Shown here: one piece after another, positions 1 through 8,682 of the stretch
Numbering within the stretch: the first letter of the stretch is position 1
Layout: every line of letters starts with the position of its first letter
NCBI GenBank assembly: GCA_048128005.1
Contig: JBEUKZ010000047.1
Location: 558,001-580,742 of the forward strand
From: Veleropilina oligotropha
Lineage: Eukaryota
DNA: 22,742 nucleotides
Direction: 5' to 3'
Translations under genes and position numbers: made by a program
The notes under the pieces: generated by a model
The model's input: only the letters and a program-made list of their open reading frames with translations
Told to the model about the DNA's origin: nothing
Databases searched by the model: none

Positions 1-373
1 CTTCACCCTTTCAGGGTGGCTACTTATGACTTATGACAAGAACAAGCCTGTCGGGTCGCTGCAATGGCTACGCCCCGGGACTTATGACGGGAACAAGCCC
101 GTCGGGTTTGCCATAGCAGCGACCCTACACGTTCATCTGGAGAAGCTCGGAACAACACACAATATGAAGGACGGCGCCCCGAGCAATATTCTCGCGGTGG
201 TCCCTATAACGTCGCAGATGTTCGGTGAGGCTGCCCACTATCATAGCTATCCAGCCTTCCGGCGACTACAGGCGGGGCTACTCACATAATTGAAGGTGTA
301 TGTCACCGACTCAGATGGTAACCCGCTCGACAATCACGGTATGCCTATTTCCGCCGTCCTTGAGATACAATGA
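1..373 (+). pseudogene. Polinton/adintovirus-type minor capsid (penton) pseudogene, 3' part
   Basis: Reading through the TAA at 287-289 gives ...PSNILAVVPITSQMFGEAAHYHSYPAFRRLQAGLLT*LKVYVTDSDGNPLDNHGMPISAVLEIQ*. This matches, from memory, the Polinton penton C-terminal pattern (S-x-IL-x-x-VP...FG...P-x-F-x-x-L...I-x-D-x-x-G-x-x-LD-x-HG-x-P). Confidence 0.7.
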
Positions 374-729
374 GCAGCATCTACGGGACCCCACTCCTGC
401 TTGCAGATGAGCCTTCAGCGACCCAGTGGCACTTTGTTCTTAGTTGTGGGGAAGCGCCCAAGAAGGGGCTGGCGAGGAGGGAGTTTATGATCCCAAACGC
501 TGGAGGTCGGTTTGGGTTGAACCCAGCCCTTCTAATGATCCACATGACGCCGGTCCAGCCGGCCGGGGGCGCCCCCAAAGCGTGTTCCATAAATAGACTT
601 GGCCTGGATTCGGACAAGTTGACCCTCGCCTTTGCCATCAAGGCCCCCTGGGTGAACACCCTTTATTTGAACGTTACGGTAGACATTCGGAATCAACAGG
701 CTGAACAATACAGCCACGGGGGGGACTAG
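370..729 (+). CDS. 119-aa hypothetical protein, probably a Polinton/adintovirus gene
   Basis: Intact ATG-TAG ORF whose ATG overlaps the penton stop (ATGA at 370-373). It has the same GC-rich composition as the penton segment. No recognisable family. Confidence 0.5.
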   Translation: MSSIYGTPLLLADEPSATQWHFVLSCGEAPKKGLARREFMIPNAGGRFGLNPALLMIHMTPVQPAGGAPKACSINRLGLDSDKLTLAFAIKAPWVNTLYLNVTVDIRNQQAEQYSHGGD

Positions 730-750
730 GGGGTTTTGAAATAATCTAGG

Positions 751-930
751 GGGGGCCCGGGGAGACCGGGGAGGCTCCCAGCCCTATTTCCGAACTGAGG
801 GGCTCGTAATATATACCCGCAGGGCATTTTAGTAGAATTCGGGGAGGGGGGCCCGGGGGGTCGCCGGGGAGGCTCCCAGCGCCATCCGAAACTAGGGTAG
901 CTTAGAATAGTCTATTTGGGGGCATTTTAT
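751..930. repeat. G-rich imperfect ~97-bp direct duplication
   Basis: gggggcccgggg...ccggggaggctcccagc occurs at 751-782 and 847-880, and gggcatttta at 822 and 920. Many G-runs. Repeated in the other units. Confidence 0.75.
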
Positions 931-987
931 AAGAATGGGCCAGGGGCGCGTCTATCAATTGTATTGTTTAATTTTGCTTCCTGGTCT

Positions 988-1212
988 CGAAAGAAGGCGG
1001 CGCAAAGGCGGTGGGTGCGGTAAACGCAAGGTGGACAGTAAGTACAGCATGCGCAAGGTGGATAGTAAGTGGTCGGGGGGGGTACGGCATGTTCAAGTTG
1101 GATAGTAAGTGGTCGAATAGATACGGCAAGGTTCACAGGGTGGCCATAGCTTTTAACATGGTCAACAGGGTAGCCATAGCTGTGTGATCGACAAGGTGAC
1201 CATAGGTGTTTA
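988..1212. repeat. Dispersed repeat B, short copy (about 2 units of the 30-bp minisatellite)
   Basis: Near-identical to 2263-2573 from gaaggcggcgcaaaggcggtg to gaccataggtgttta. Other copies at about 9297-9521 and 17610-17834. Confidence 0.9.
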
Positions 1213-1386
1213 AAAATAACCTCTTAAAAAAATTTGCTGCAGTTTCGAGAGAAACAGCCATATATATCTATATTTGGAAAAGACAAACGGAACAGGCCCA
1301 ATGCCAAATTTTATTTTGTTGAGAATTCCAAGTATTGCACCATAGTATTAATAAACTCAGCGTCACTCTTAACCTGTCCATTGCAG

Positions 1387-1497
1387 AGTAGGCATTGAGT
1401 TCAGTCTGACCCCAAACGACGTACACGGCCTCCCACCGAACCTGGCGTTCCTGTATGAGTTCACCAACAAAATGATGAAGAAGGATAAGAACACAGT
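1387..1497 (+). CDS. Putative host-gene exon 1 of unit 1 (111 nt, phase 2-2): VGIEFSLTPNDVHGLPPNLAFLYEFTNKMMKKDKNT
   Basis: Acceptor cctgtccattgcag, donor gtgagt at 1498, open frame, more GC-rich than its flanks. The one inter-copy change seen (ATT vs ATC) is synonymous. Confidence 0.65.
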
Positions 1498-1668
1498 GTG
1501 AGTTCTCTGATGTTTATGGCTACACAGTGTGAATTCTTGGATGTTATGTTTACAAATATATAATTATTTGGGTATTGATTGCATTGAACTTGTGATTGTA
1601 TTCATTCAGGATCTTCCATTTTTTTCTCCATTTTGTTTGATTGGCGTCATCGACTGAGCAGTTACCAC

Positions 1669-1852
1669 TCCAGGCATCCTACTTGTGCAAAAGAAAATCA
1701 AAATCAATTTAGCATAAACCACAATTACAGTAAAATGTCAGACTACATATTCACATTCTAATGATCTGACTAATCATATCTCATCCATTTTTTATAAGTT
1801 GAATATTTTATAGGATGAATTACTATGCTACTTAGGATTTGTCTTTGATAAG
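1669..1852. repeat. 184-bp segment A, duplicated within each unit
   Basis: Matches 7947-8130 with one mismatch seen (aagttgaata vs aagtttaata). It overlaps a 21-bp tandem duplication, ggatttgtctttgataagtat x2, at 1835-1876. Confidence 0.95.
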
Positions 1853-2153
1853 TATGGATTTGTCTTTGATAAGTATGCAAAGAGCGATGGCAGTCCTTAG
1901 CAGTGATCCATATGTACGAGAATAGTATTGGTGAATCTAGTACATTAATTGTATGCGTGGCGAAGTCTGCCTATATGTTTTCGCACAACTCAAAAAGTCT
2001 TATCTTGTGTACAGATGTGCCATGGGACGAAGGAGAAGCCTATTTATTTTAACTTCAGGCACTTTGGTTGAATAGGTAAAGAATTTAACCATTGTATAAT
2101 GCTTCATTATGTTACTCATGTTAGTTATGTGCTTACCGTGTTTTCTCTGGCAG

Positions 2154-2235
2154 CGTGAACTACCTGGACAAGCACCAGTCGGCCCTCTGTGAGGGATGGC
2201 AGCTGCTGCAGGGGTATAGAAACCGCCTGGTGCAG
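2154..2235 (+). CDS. Putative host-gene exon 2 of unit 1 (82 nt, phase 2-0): VNYLDKHQSALCEGWQLLQGYRNRLVQ
   Basis: Acceptor gtgttttctctggcag, donor CAG|gtgaag (weaker), GC3-rich codons, and phase compatible with both neighbouring exons. Confidence 0.62.
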
Positions 2236-2262
2236 GTGAAGCACAAGACCCGCCCGATCATA

Positions 2263-2573
2263 CGAAGGAAGGCGGCGCAAAGGCGGTGCGTTAAGCGCAA
2301 GGTGGACAGTAAGTACAGCATGCGCAAGGTAGATAGTAAGTGGTCGGGGGGGGTACGGCATGTTCAAGTTGGATAGTAAGTGGTCGAATAGATACGGCAA
2401 GGTTCACAGGGTTACCATAGCTTTTAACATGGTCCACAGGGTAGCCATAGCTGTTAACATGGTCCACAGGGTAGCCATAGCTGTTAACATGGTCCACAGG
2501 GTTACCATACCTTTTAACATGGTCCACAGGGTAGCCATAGCTGTGTGATCGACAAGGTGACCATAGGTGTTTA
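2263..2573. repeat. Dispersed repeat B, long copy, with a 30-bp minisatellite (tggtccacagggtagccatagctgttaaca, about 5 copies at 2400-2544)
   Basis: The 30-bp period is directly visible. Other copies at about 10572-10884 and 18885-19200. Confidence 0.92.
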
Positions 2574-2648
2574 TACGGTCAATAAATCCAAATGCATTCC
2601 ATTCCTCTAGTTCTTGGGTTTTGGACCGCATATATAATGTAATTATCA

Positions 2649-2712
2649 TTTTTATCCCCCGCCCGAAGGGTAGCGGGGGATATTGTTGTTGCCATGTCCG
2701 ACCGTACGTCCA
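2649..2712 (+). mobile_element. Helentron-associated (HINE/DINE-1/Pearl-like) element 5' terminus
   Basis: A T-run, then a perfect 10-bp inverted repeat TATCCCCCGC (2653-2662) / GCGGGGGATA (2673-2682), then a degenerate GTCC microsatellite (gtccgaccgtacgtcc). This is the usual layout of HINE 5' ends. Confidence 0.55.
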
Positions 2713-2776
2713 TAAACAATTTGGTTAAAGTTTCGAATTGAGGGTGTGTAGCTTGCCCATGATACTTTTTGGCATA

Positions 2777-4007
2777 TATCGGGTGGCCAATAAAAAACTT
2801 CCCGAACTTTAAAGGTTAATAACTTTGCAATGAACCACTATATTGTTATGAAACTTCACACAAGTAAAAAATGTAATGTTGTTAATATATTCTGAAAGAT
2901 TCAAGTCTCTATATCATATACTTTTTCTGTAGTCGGATAAATATAAACAAACGTCAAAAACGGCAAGGGCTACGTCCAAAAAGCTGCATAGTTATCTTAT
3001 ATTTACTGAAAGAAGTGATCAATATGGCCTCTATCTGCTTCAAAAACTCCTCTGAGTTTTTTTTCCACCTTGATATCGTACTTCTAACCTCTCGAAGACA
3101 TATTTTGTCCCAGCATTTCTTCAGCCTCTTTTTTAGTTCACATTCATTAAACACATATGTACGCCCTTCGTACACTTTCTCTGACAGATTATTCCAAATG
3201 GAATAGTCCATTGCGTTGAGGCCTGGACTCATCCACTGACTGATCCAAGAAGGCTTGCGTAGACCTACTTGTGTGCGAAGTTGCCCCATCCTGTTGGAAA
3301 ACAAAACTTCCATCAGGATAGAGCCGACGGCAATCAGGCAAGAGTCCCTTTTCCAATAGTTTTTGATGTCTTTCACTTTTTTGGTATCAATAGTGAAGCA
3401 TCGTTTTTCCATTCCACGATACCCCTGCAGAAACCATATTTTCTTGGTAAACCTTGATGTTTCATGGTACAGTCTTGTGGTGGATATATCCCATTTCATT
3501 CTTCCGTACACCCTAGCGTTTTGGCGGTTACGCGCCACCTCATACGTGAAGTCTTTCTCGTCCGTAAAGACAAGTCTTTTTGCATCCTGTTTGGAATACC
3601 TGCTGTATAACTTTTTGGGGTCTTCCTTTTTTGTTTGACTGTTTTATCCCGCCGTGAAACTTTTACGCGTTTGGAAGATTTTAATTCCAATTTGTTAGTA
3701 ATGTTCTGAACTGATGAGCGTGAAATTTCCAGATCTTTGGCAATTTTCTGCTGAGACTTATGAGTCCCTGGCTTGTCCTCTTGCGACACAATTGCTTCTT
3801 CCACGTAAACCTTATTTGTTTCAGTATTTGCGGTTCTTGGCCTTCCACTACCTTGTTTTCTACTGGTTGAACCTGAAGTCCTTATTCTCTCAATAAGGAG
3901 GTTGACTGTTCGCACATTCCACTTTGTATCAGGGAATTCCCTTATAATCCTTGCACCACACCAGCCCTTTTCCTTGAAACATGCCTCAATAACTGCTTTA
4001 TCACTCT
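2777..4007 (-). mobile_element. Tc1/mariner superfamily DNA transposon (DDxD, maT/DD37D-like) with a frameshifted transposase pseudogene and a candidate single 3' TIR
   Basis: HTH region with GSGRPRT and QKIAKDLEISRSSV. Catalytic motifs VFTDEK (~3560), FQQDGATSHT (~3290, alternate frame) and SPGLNAMDYSIW (~3215) are separated by frameshifts. TA|TATCGGGTGGCCAATAAAAAAC at 2775-2798 resembles a TA target plus TIR, but no partner TIR was found. Confidence 0.88.
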
Positions 4008-5810
4008 GATTAATTGAATTGAATTGATGTTTAACGACCACGCCGACACTATAATGGTCATAATCGGGTCGGTCAAGTTAATTATATAATAGTTTAATAT
4101 AAAAAGATAAAAGTTGTGATACATATTTAATAATAAAATGAAACAGGTGTGAAAAATAATAAAACGAATCAATATATTTACAAGTAAAATAGGCAATGCA
4201 AATTTGGATAAAAGCAAATCAATAAAAGGAAAATTAACATGGTATATTTACAGGTTAAAACGATATATATGCAAAGCAATAAAATTAAAATAAAAACAAG
4301 TATAATAATAAAAACAAGATATCATATTTGTGAAATAAAATATAAATTATAACTTGTAAAAAATATTTACTTGTTTTAAAAACTCAAATATGTTTTCGAG
4401 CTTAGTGAATTTAAATAACTCTTGGAGTGAGTTTACCCTAAAGTGCTTTTGGCGTGCGAGATCCAAATAGACACAATCCAATAATATATGTTTAATTGTT
4501 AGGGCAGTTGCACAAGGAATACACTCAGGTGGAGGCTCCCCTTTAAGCAAGTAGGAGTGAGTGTAGTATGAATGCCCAATTCTCAGTCTGGCCAAGACGA
4601 CCTCCTCTCGCCGAGATGGCCTGCAAGAGGGTCCCCAGTCACCAAGAAGAGGTTGGACAATCTGCAGTTTATTCCTTGTGCATTCACTCCAAGAGTGCTG
4701 CCAAGTAGAATTTATATATTTGTTTATGCTTTGTTTAAAATCAGTGTGGGGCAATTTGCAGTTTAGTGTGTGGTTAAAATGCGAGGCTGCCTTGGCAGCT
4801 TGGTCAGCCTTCTCATTGCCTTGGATACCGATATGACTCGGTATCCAGCATAAAATAATGTCATTATCCGGTAAAAGGTTATTATATTTAATTAAAATAT
4901 CTATAATAATAGGGTTTCTATTCACCCCCCTCAATGCCTGTAATCTAGAGAGGGAGTCTGAATAGATAATAAAACGCTTGCTATTACTCATTGATATAAA
5001 ATTGAGCGCAAGCTCGATTGCCTTCAATTCTGCAGTAAATATAGTCGCACTGCCTGACAGACGGTTTTGAAAACATTGTCTACCAGTAACAGCGGCTGCT
5101 CCTACTAATTCTGCATCTTTTGAACCATCTGTATATATGCTTGCACGATCTGAATATTTTAAATTGAGATCGTGCACTTTTAAGAGATAATCTGATGTGT
5201 CTGTGTTTGATTTTTTTAGTGAAGTAAGATGTAGGTCAATTTCCGGTAATTTAAGTGTCCATGGTGGAGTATCCGGAATGTAATTTGTTCTAATTTGAGC
5301 TACATGTATGCCAGTGCTTTCTAGTGCAGGTTTTATGCGAATGCCGAATGGTGCAATTTTGTTTGGTTTTGCCAGAAATAAATTTTCGTAATTAGGTGTA
5401 AATACAGTTTCGAAAGCTGGGTTAGATGGGTGTGATTTTAATTTGATTGCATATTGCAGTGATAATTTTTCACGTCTGTGTGTAAGAGATGGTTCATTTG
5501 CTTCAACATAGAGGCTTTCCATGGGTGATGTGCGGAAAGCCCCTAGTGCAAGTCGAAGCCCTTGGTTATGGATTGGATCAAGCATGTTAAGATATGAATG
5601 GCGAGCAGAGCCATATACTATGCTCCCATAATCAAGTTTTGATCTAATTAATGATCTGTATAGTCGTAATAAAACTGTTTTATCAGCACCCCATTCAGTA
5701 TTAGAAACTACTTTCATTATATTTAAAGCTTTTTTACATTTAGCTTTAATGTATTTTAAATGCGGTATGAAAGACAGTTTTCGGTCAAATACAAGGCCCA
5801 AAAATTTAAA
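4008..5810 (-). mobile_element. 5'-truncated non-LTR retrotransposon of the I group (I/Nimb-like), with 3' UTR and (CAATT)n tail
   Basis: ORF2 C-terminal half, AT-rich 3' UTR at about 4346-4030, and minus-strand tail ...gtggtcgttaaacat(caatt)3aatc at 4008-4045. Confidence 0.9.
4347..5810 (-). CDS. LINE ORF2 fragment: RT thumb, RNase H and C-terminal Cys/His zinc finger; RT catalytic core and endonuclease absent
   Basis: RT end motifs KFLGLVFDRKLSF and RSKLDYG; RNase H motifs IYTDGSK, AELKAI, YSDSLS and WIPSHIGIQGNEKAD; ARLRIGH and CxxC...HILLDC. The frame is fully open. Homology starts at FKFLG, so the GTG at 5828 is probably not a true start. Confidence 0.93.
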   Translation of the reverse strand, partial: FKFLGLVFDRKLSFIPHLKYIKAKCKKALNIMKVVSNTEWGADKTVLLRLYRSLIRSKLDYGSIVYGSARHSYLNMLDPIHNQGLRLALGAFRTSPMESLYVEANEPSLTHRREKLSLQYAIKLKSHPSNPAFETVFTPNYENLFLAKPNKIAPFGIRIKPALESTGIHVAQIRTNYIPDTPPWTLKLPEIDLHLTSLKKSNTDTSDYLLKVHDLNLKYSDRASIYTDGSKDAELVGAAAVTGRQCFQNRLSGSATIFTAELKAIELALNFISMSNSKRFIIYSDSLSRLQALRGVNRNPIIIDILIKYNNLLPDNDIILCWIPSHIGIQGNEKADQAAKAASHFNHTLNCKLPHTDFKQSINKYINSTWQHSWSECTRNKLQIVQPLLGDWGPSCRPSRREEVVLARLRIGHSYYTHSYLLKGEPPPECIPCATALTIKHILLDCVYLDLARQKHFRVNSLQELFKFTKLENIFEFLKQVNIFYKL

Positions 5811-5833
5811 TAATAAAAAAAAACGCACACGAG

Positions 5834-6877
5834 ATGATCAAAACGCATAGTCAACGGGCACATATGTGGTCAAGATTAGGACAACATCTTCAAAACCGAA
5901 GAAAATATCTAAAGGACAGGGAAAGCGGAAAGCGATCACAATTCATTGCAACACATTCAGGACCAACTTCTAACCATTCTTCTGTACTGGTACCTACTCC
6001 TGTCCATCAAAGGCCACTAGATCTGATGAAGTGAATACCATGGCCACCTGCCAATTGCAACCAACAGCCGCCAAAATGTCAACGTACAAAATCCAGAAAA
6101 AACAAGTACCGGTGTCAAACCAACCGCCTGTCTTATGCTTCCAGCCAGGACAGTTGGTAAACATTATGAATCGCAATGGAACGTGTCTTGGAACTGGAAT
6201 TTTCATATCTAATAAAGATAATGTGTTCGCTGAAGTTGTTTTGAAGACAAAATTATCTCAAATGTTGTCTAGTGATCATGATTCAGATGAGTTGCCACAA
6301 CCATGCGGTAGTATTTATCACTTCAACCAACTAGAAAATAAACAGTTGTTTACCTGGAAACTTGTTAATATGACCTTCTGGCCGTGGGAAAGCTGTCCCA
6401 ATGAAGACTCCTGATCAGCCACAGGAACACGCAGTCAAATGATCCTCTTTGAATAAAAAAGTACTGGTAACCACATGCACTGCACCATCTACAATTAAAC
6501 CACCGGGCATGCCAGTACAAGTGTGCACCACTAGTACTGATCATGAATTCGAAATTGCATTGATGGAATGGGCGGAAGGCAAATTGTATCTTGGTGTATT
6601 AAGTAAAGATGGAGCAGTTGTTAAAAATTGTCCTAACTATATTGCAAAGATCACCAATGATGACGTAAAGATTTGTTCATCTATAAAATGGAACATGCTC
6701 TCTCTGAATGCCCAAGACATCCAGAGAAATCCTGATATGAAATATTGTGTGTGGAAATCAGCTGCATCTGGGCCATTGGCAAGTTATACAAAAGGAGCAA
6801 AGGAAATTAGAATCAGTAATGTGGCAGCATTCCTCGCTGAGATGAAGGATCACTTGATAACATATGATGATCAATAG
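5834..6877 (+). pseudogene. Degraded gene of unknown family, possibly a DNA-transposon accessory gene
   Basis: ORFs 6031-6414 and 6449-6877 join with one frameshift near 6373 and one in-frame TGA at 6440 (...WKLVNMT / PSGRGKAVPMKTPDQPQEHAVK*SSLNKKV...). The composition is protein-like. Confidence 0.45.
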
Positions 6878-6896
6878 TGATTTATTTCCTCTGCAG

Positions 6897-6994
6897 GCCA
6901 AGAAGATAGAGGAACTGGAGGCAGAGCTGGCCGCGTCCGAGAGGCAGCGACGGGCCACAGAGTCCGAGCTGCAGGATGAGATCGCCAACAGCAA
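6897..6994 (+). CDS. Putative host-gene exon 3 of unit 1 (98 nt, phase 0-2): coiled coil AKKIEELEAELAASERQRRATESELQDEIANS, myosin-II-tail-like
   Basis: Strong acceptor tttatttcctctgcag and consensus donor gtaagt at 6995, GC3-rich. The peptide resembles, from memory, the non-muscle myosin II rod segment ELAASERARR...ERDELADEIANS. Confidence 0.72.
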
Positions 6995-7021
6995 GTAAGT
7001 CAAGAAAAACAGCAAGTTAGT

Positions 7022-7243
7022 CTAGTACAAGGCTCTCGCTTGACTGCTCTGTCTAGCAGGAGTGAGTTTGAATTCTTGTTTTGGCGCTTTGTTCAGTAGA
7101 CAGTCATAGTCGATCATAACTGTCTGGTGACGGCGTATTTCCCAGGTTTTCTTCCCATGACGATATGGACTTGTCCAGGTATGAACTTGAAGATTGTTAA
7201 GAACGTGATATTTGTATCGAGCGTAACCAAATTCAACAGCTAG
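7022..7243 (-). pseudogene. Possible old LINE AP-endonuclease fragment
   Basis: 73 stop-free codons including HTWTSPY...RRHQTVMIDY, which resembles the APE TWxSP...xQIDY motif. Weak similarity. Confidence 0.3.
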
Positions 7244-7247
7244 TAAC

Positions 7248-7933
7248 CAAACCTAATGGATGTCATGTAGAAACAGGCCAAACCTAATAGATGGATGTCA
7301 CGTAGAAACAGGCCAAACCTAATAGATCGGATGTCATGTAGAAACAAGCCAAACCTAATAGATGGATGTCACGTAGAAACAGGCCAAACCTAATAGATGG
7401 ATGTCATGTAGAAACAGGCCAAACCTAATATATCGGATGTCACATAGATAGAAACAAACCAAACCTAATAGATCGGATGTCACGTAGAAGTTTACAGGCC
7501 AAACCTAATAGATAGATGTCATGTAGAAACAGGCCAAACCTAATAGATCGGATGTCACGTAGAAACAGGCCAAACCTAATAGATGGATGTTACGTAGAAA
7601 CAGGCCAAACCTAATAGATCGGATGTCACGTAGAAACAGGCCAAACCTAATAGATGGATGTCATGTAGAAACAGGCCAAACCTAATAGATCGGATGTCAC
7701 ATAGAAACAAACCAAACCTAATAGATCGGATGTCACGTAGAAGTTTACAGGCCAAACCTAATAGATAGATGTCATGTAGAAACAGTCCAAACCTAATAGA
7801 TGGGATGTCACGTAGAAGTTTACAGGCCAAACCTAATAGATGGGATGTCACGTAGAAACAGGCCAAACCTAATAGATGGGATGTCACGTAGAAACCGACC
7901 AAACCTAATAGATGGATGTCACGTAGAAACAGG
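7248..7933. repeat. Minisatellite, ~35-36-bp unit (ccaaacctaatagat[c]ggatgtca[c/t]gtagaaacagg), about 19 copies, some 40-bp variants
   Basis: Directly visible tandem period with no unique spacers. Confidence 0.97.
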
Positions 7934-7946
7934 AGAGAAGTAGCAT

Positions 7947-8130
7947 TCCAGGCATCCTACTTGTGCAAAAGAAAATCAAAATCAATTTAGCATAAACCAC
8001 AATTACAGTAAAATGTCAGACTACATATTCACATTCTAATGATCTGACTAATCATATCTCATCCATTTTTTATAAGTTTAATATTTTATAGGATGAATTA
8101 CTATGCTACTTAGGATTTGTCTTTGATAAG
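7947..8130. repeat. Second copy of the 184-bp segment A
   Basis: Matches 1669-1852 and abuts the penton fragment. The equivalent copy in unit 2 is 16258-16441. Confidence 0.95.
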
Positions 8131-8682
8131 ACCCCCGATACCACGGTAGAGGTGGCACCAGGGTTCTACAGCTTCGATTCCCTCGCCAAGACGATGAAGA
8201 GGTCCCTAGCTAACATGCGGCTCGAGGTAAGCCGTGCTACCGGACTCGCGCAACTCGTCCCAGAGGGGACTCGACTGGCGATAAGCGACGATATACGGAA
8301 GCTCCTCGGCTTCACCCTTTCAGGGTGGCTACTTATGACTTATGACAAGAACAAGCCTGTCGGGTCGCTGCAATGGCTACGCCCCGGGACTTATGACGGG
8401 AACAAGCCCGTCGGGTTTGCCATAGCAGCGACCCTACACGTTCATCTGGAGAAGCTCGGAACAACACACAATATGAAGGACGGCGCCCCGAGCAATATTC
8501 TCGCGGTGGTCCCTATAACGTCGCAGATGTTCGGTGAGGCTGCCCACTATCATAGCTATCCAGCCTTCCGGCGACTACAGGCGGGGCTACTCACATAATT
8601 GAAGGTGTATGTCACCGACTCAGATGGTAACCCGCTCGACAATCACGGTATGCCTATTTCCGCCGTCCTTGAGATACAATGA
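8131..8682 (+). pseudogene. Polinton/adintovirus-type penton pseudogene (5'-truncated, premature TAA at 8596-8598)
   Basis: TVEVAPGFYSFDSL, IRKLLGF, PGTYDGNKPV and SNILAVVP motifs. After the stop the frame continues as LKVYVTDSDGNPLDNHGMPISAVLEIQ to the TGA at 8680-8682. Confidence 0.72.

Noticed and set aside
381..717. Minus-strand ORFs of 92 and 61 aa
   Set aside because: GC-rich shadow frames of the 370-729 ORF.
2015..2075. Fourth candidate exon (tgtgtacag|ATG...ATAG|gtaaag)
   Set aside because: It has stop codons in all three frames and does not fit the phase cycle. At most it could be a poison exon.
988..2573. Repeat B copies (or the A copies) as LTRs or TIRs of one element
   Set aside because: They are in direct orientation with unequal lengths, and show no TG...CA ends, PBS/PPT or target-site duplication.
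2291..2649. Repetitive ORFs (MDHVKRYGNPV..., MVHRVAIAVN..., MATLWTMLT...)
   Set aside because: These are translations of the 30-bp minisatellite, and their frames shift between copies with G-run length.
2954..4041. Two intact genes (194 aa and 181 aa) or a programmed frameshift
   Set aside because: The catalytic motifs are spread across different frames with a deletion before SPGLNAMDY. This is one decayed transposase.
3015..4766. Short + strand ORFs opposite the transposase and LINE, and the hydrophobic minus-strand ORF 3942-4217
   Set aside because: Antisense shadow frames, and a translation of the AT-rich LINE 3' UTR, with no motifs.
4347..5828. Retron, DGR, group II intron or LTR/retroviral pol interpretation
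   Set aside because: There is no RT catalytic core, integrase or LTR. The thumb-RNase H-CCHC order and the tandem-repeat tail are those of I-group LINEs.
7576..7902. 108-aa LLGLACFYVTS repeat ORF
   Set aside because: Chance translation of the 35-bp minisatellite.
7248..7933. CRISPR-like array of ~35-bp repeats
   Set aside because: The repeats are contiguous with no unique spacers, there are no cas genes, and the context is eukaryotic. It is a minisatellite.
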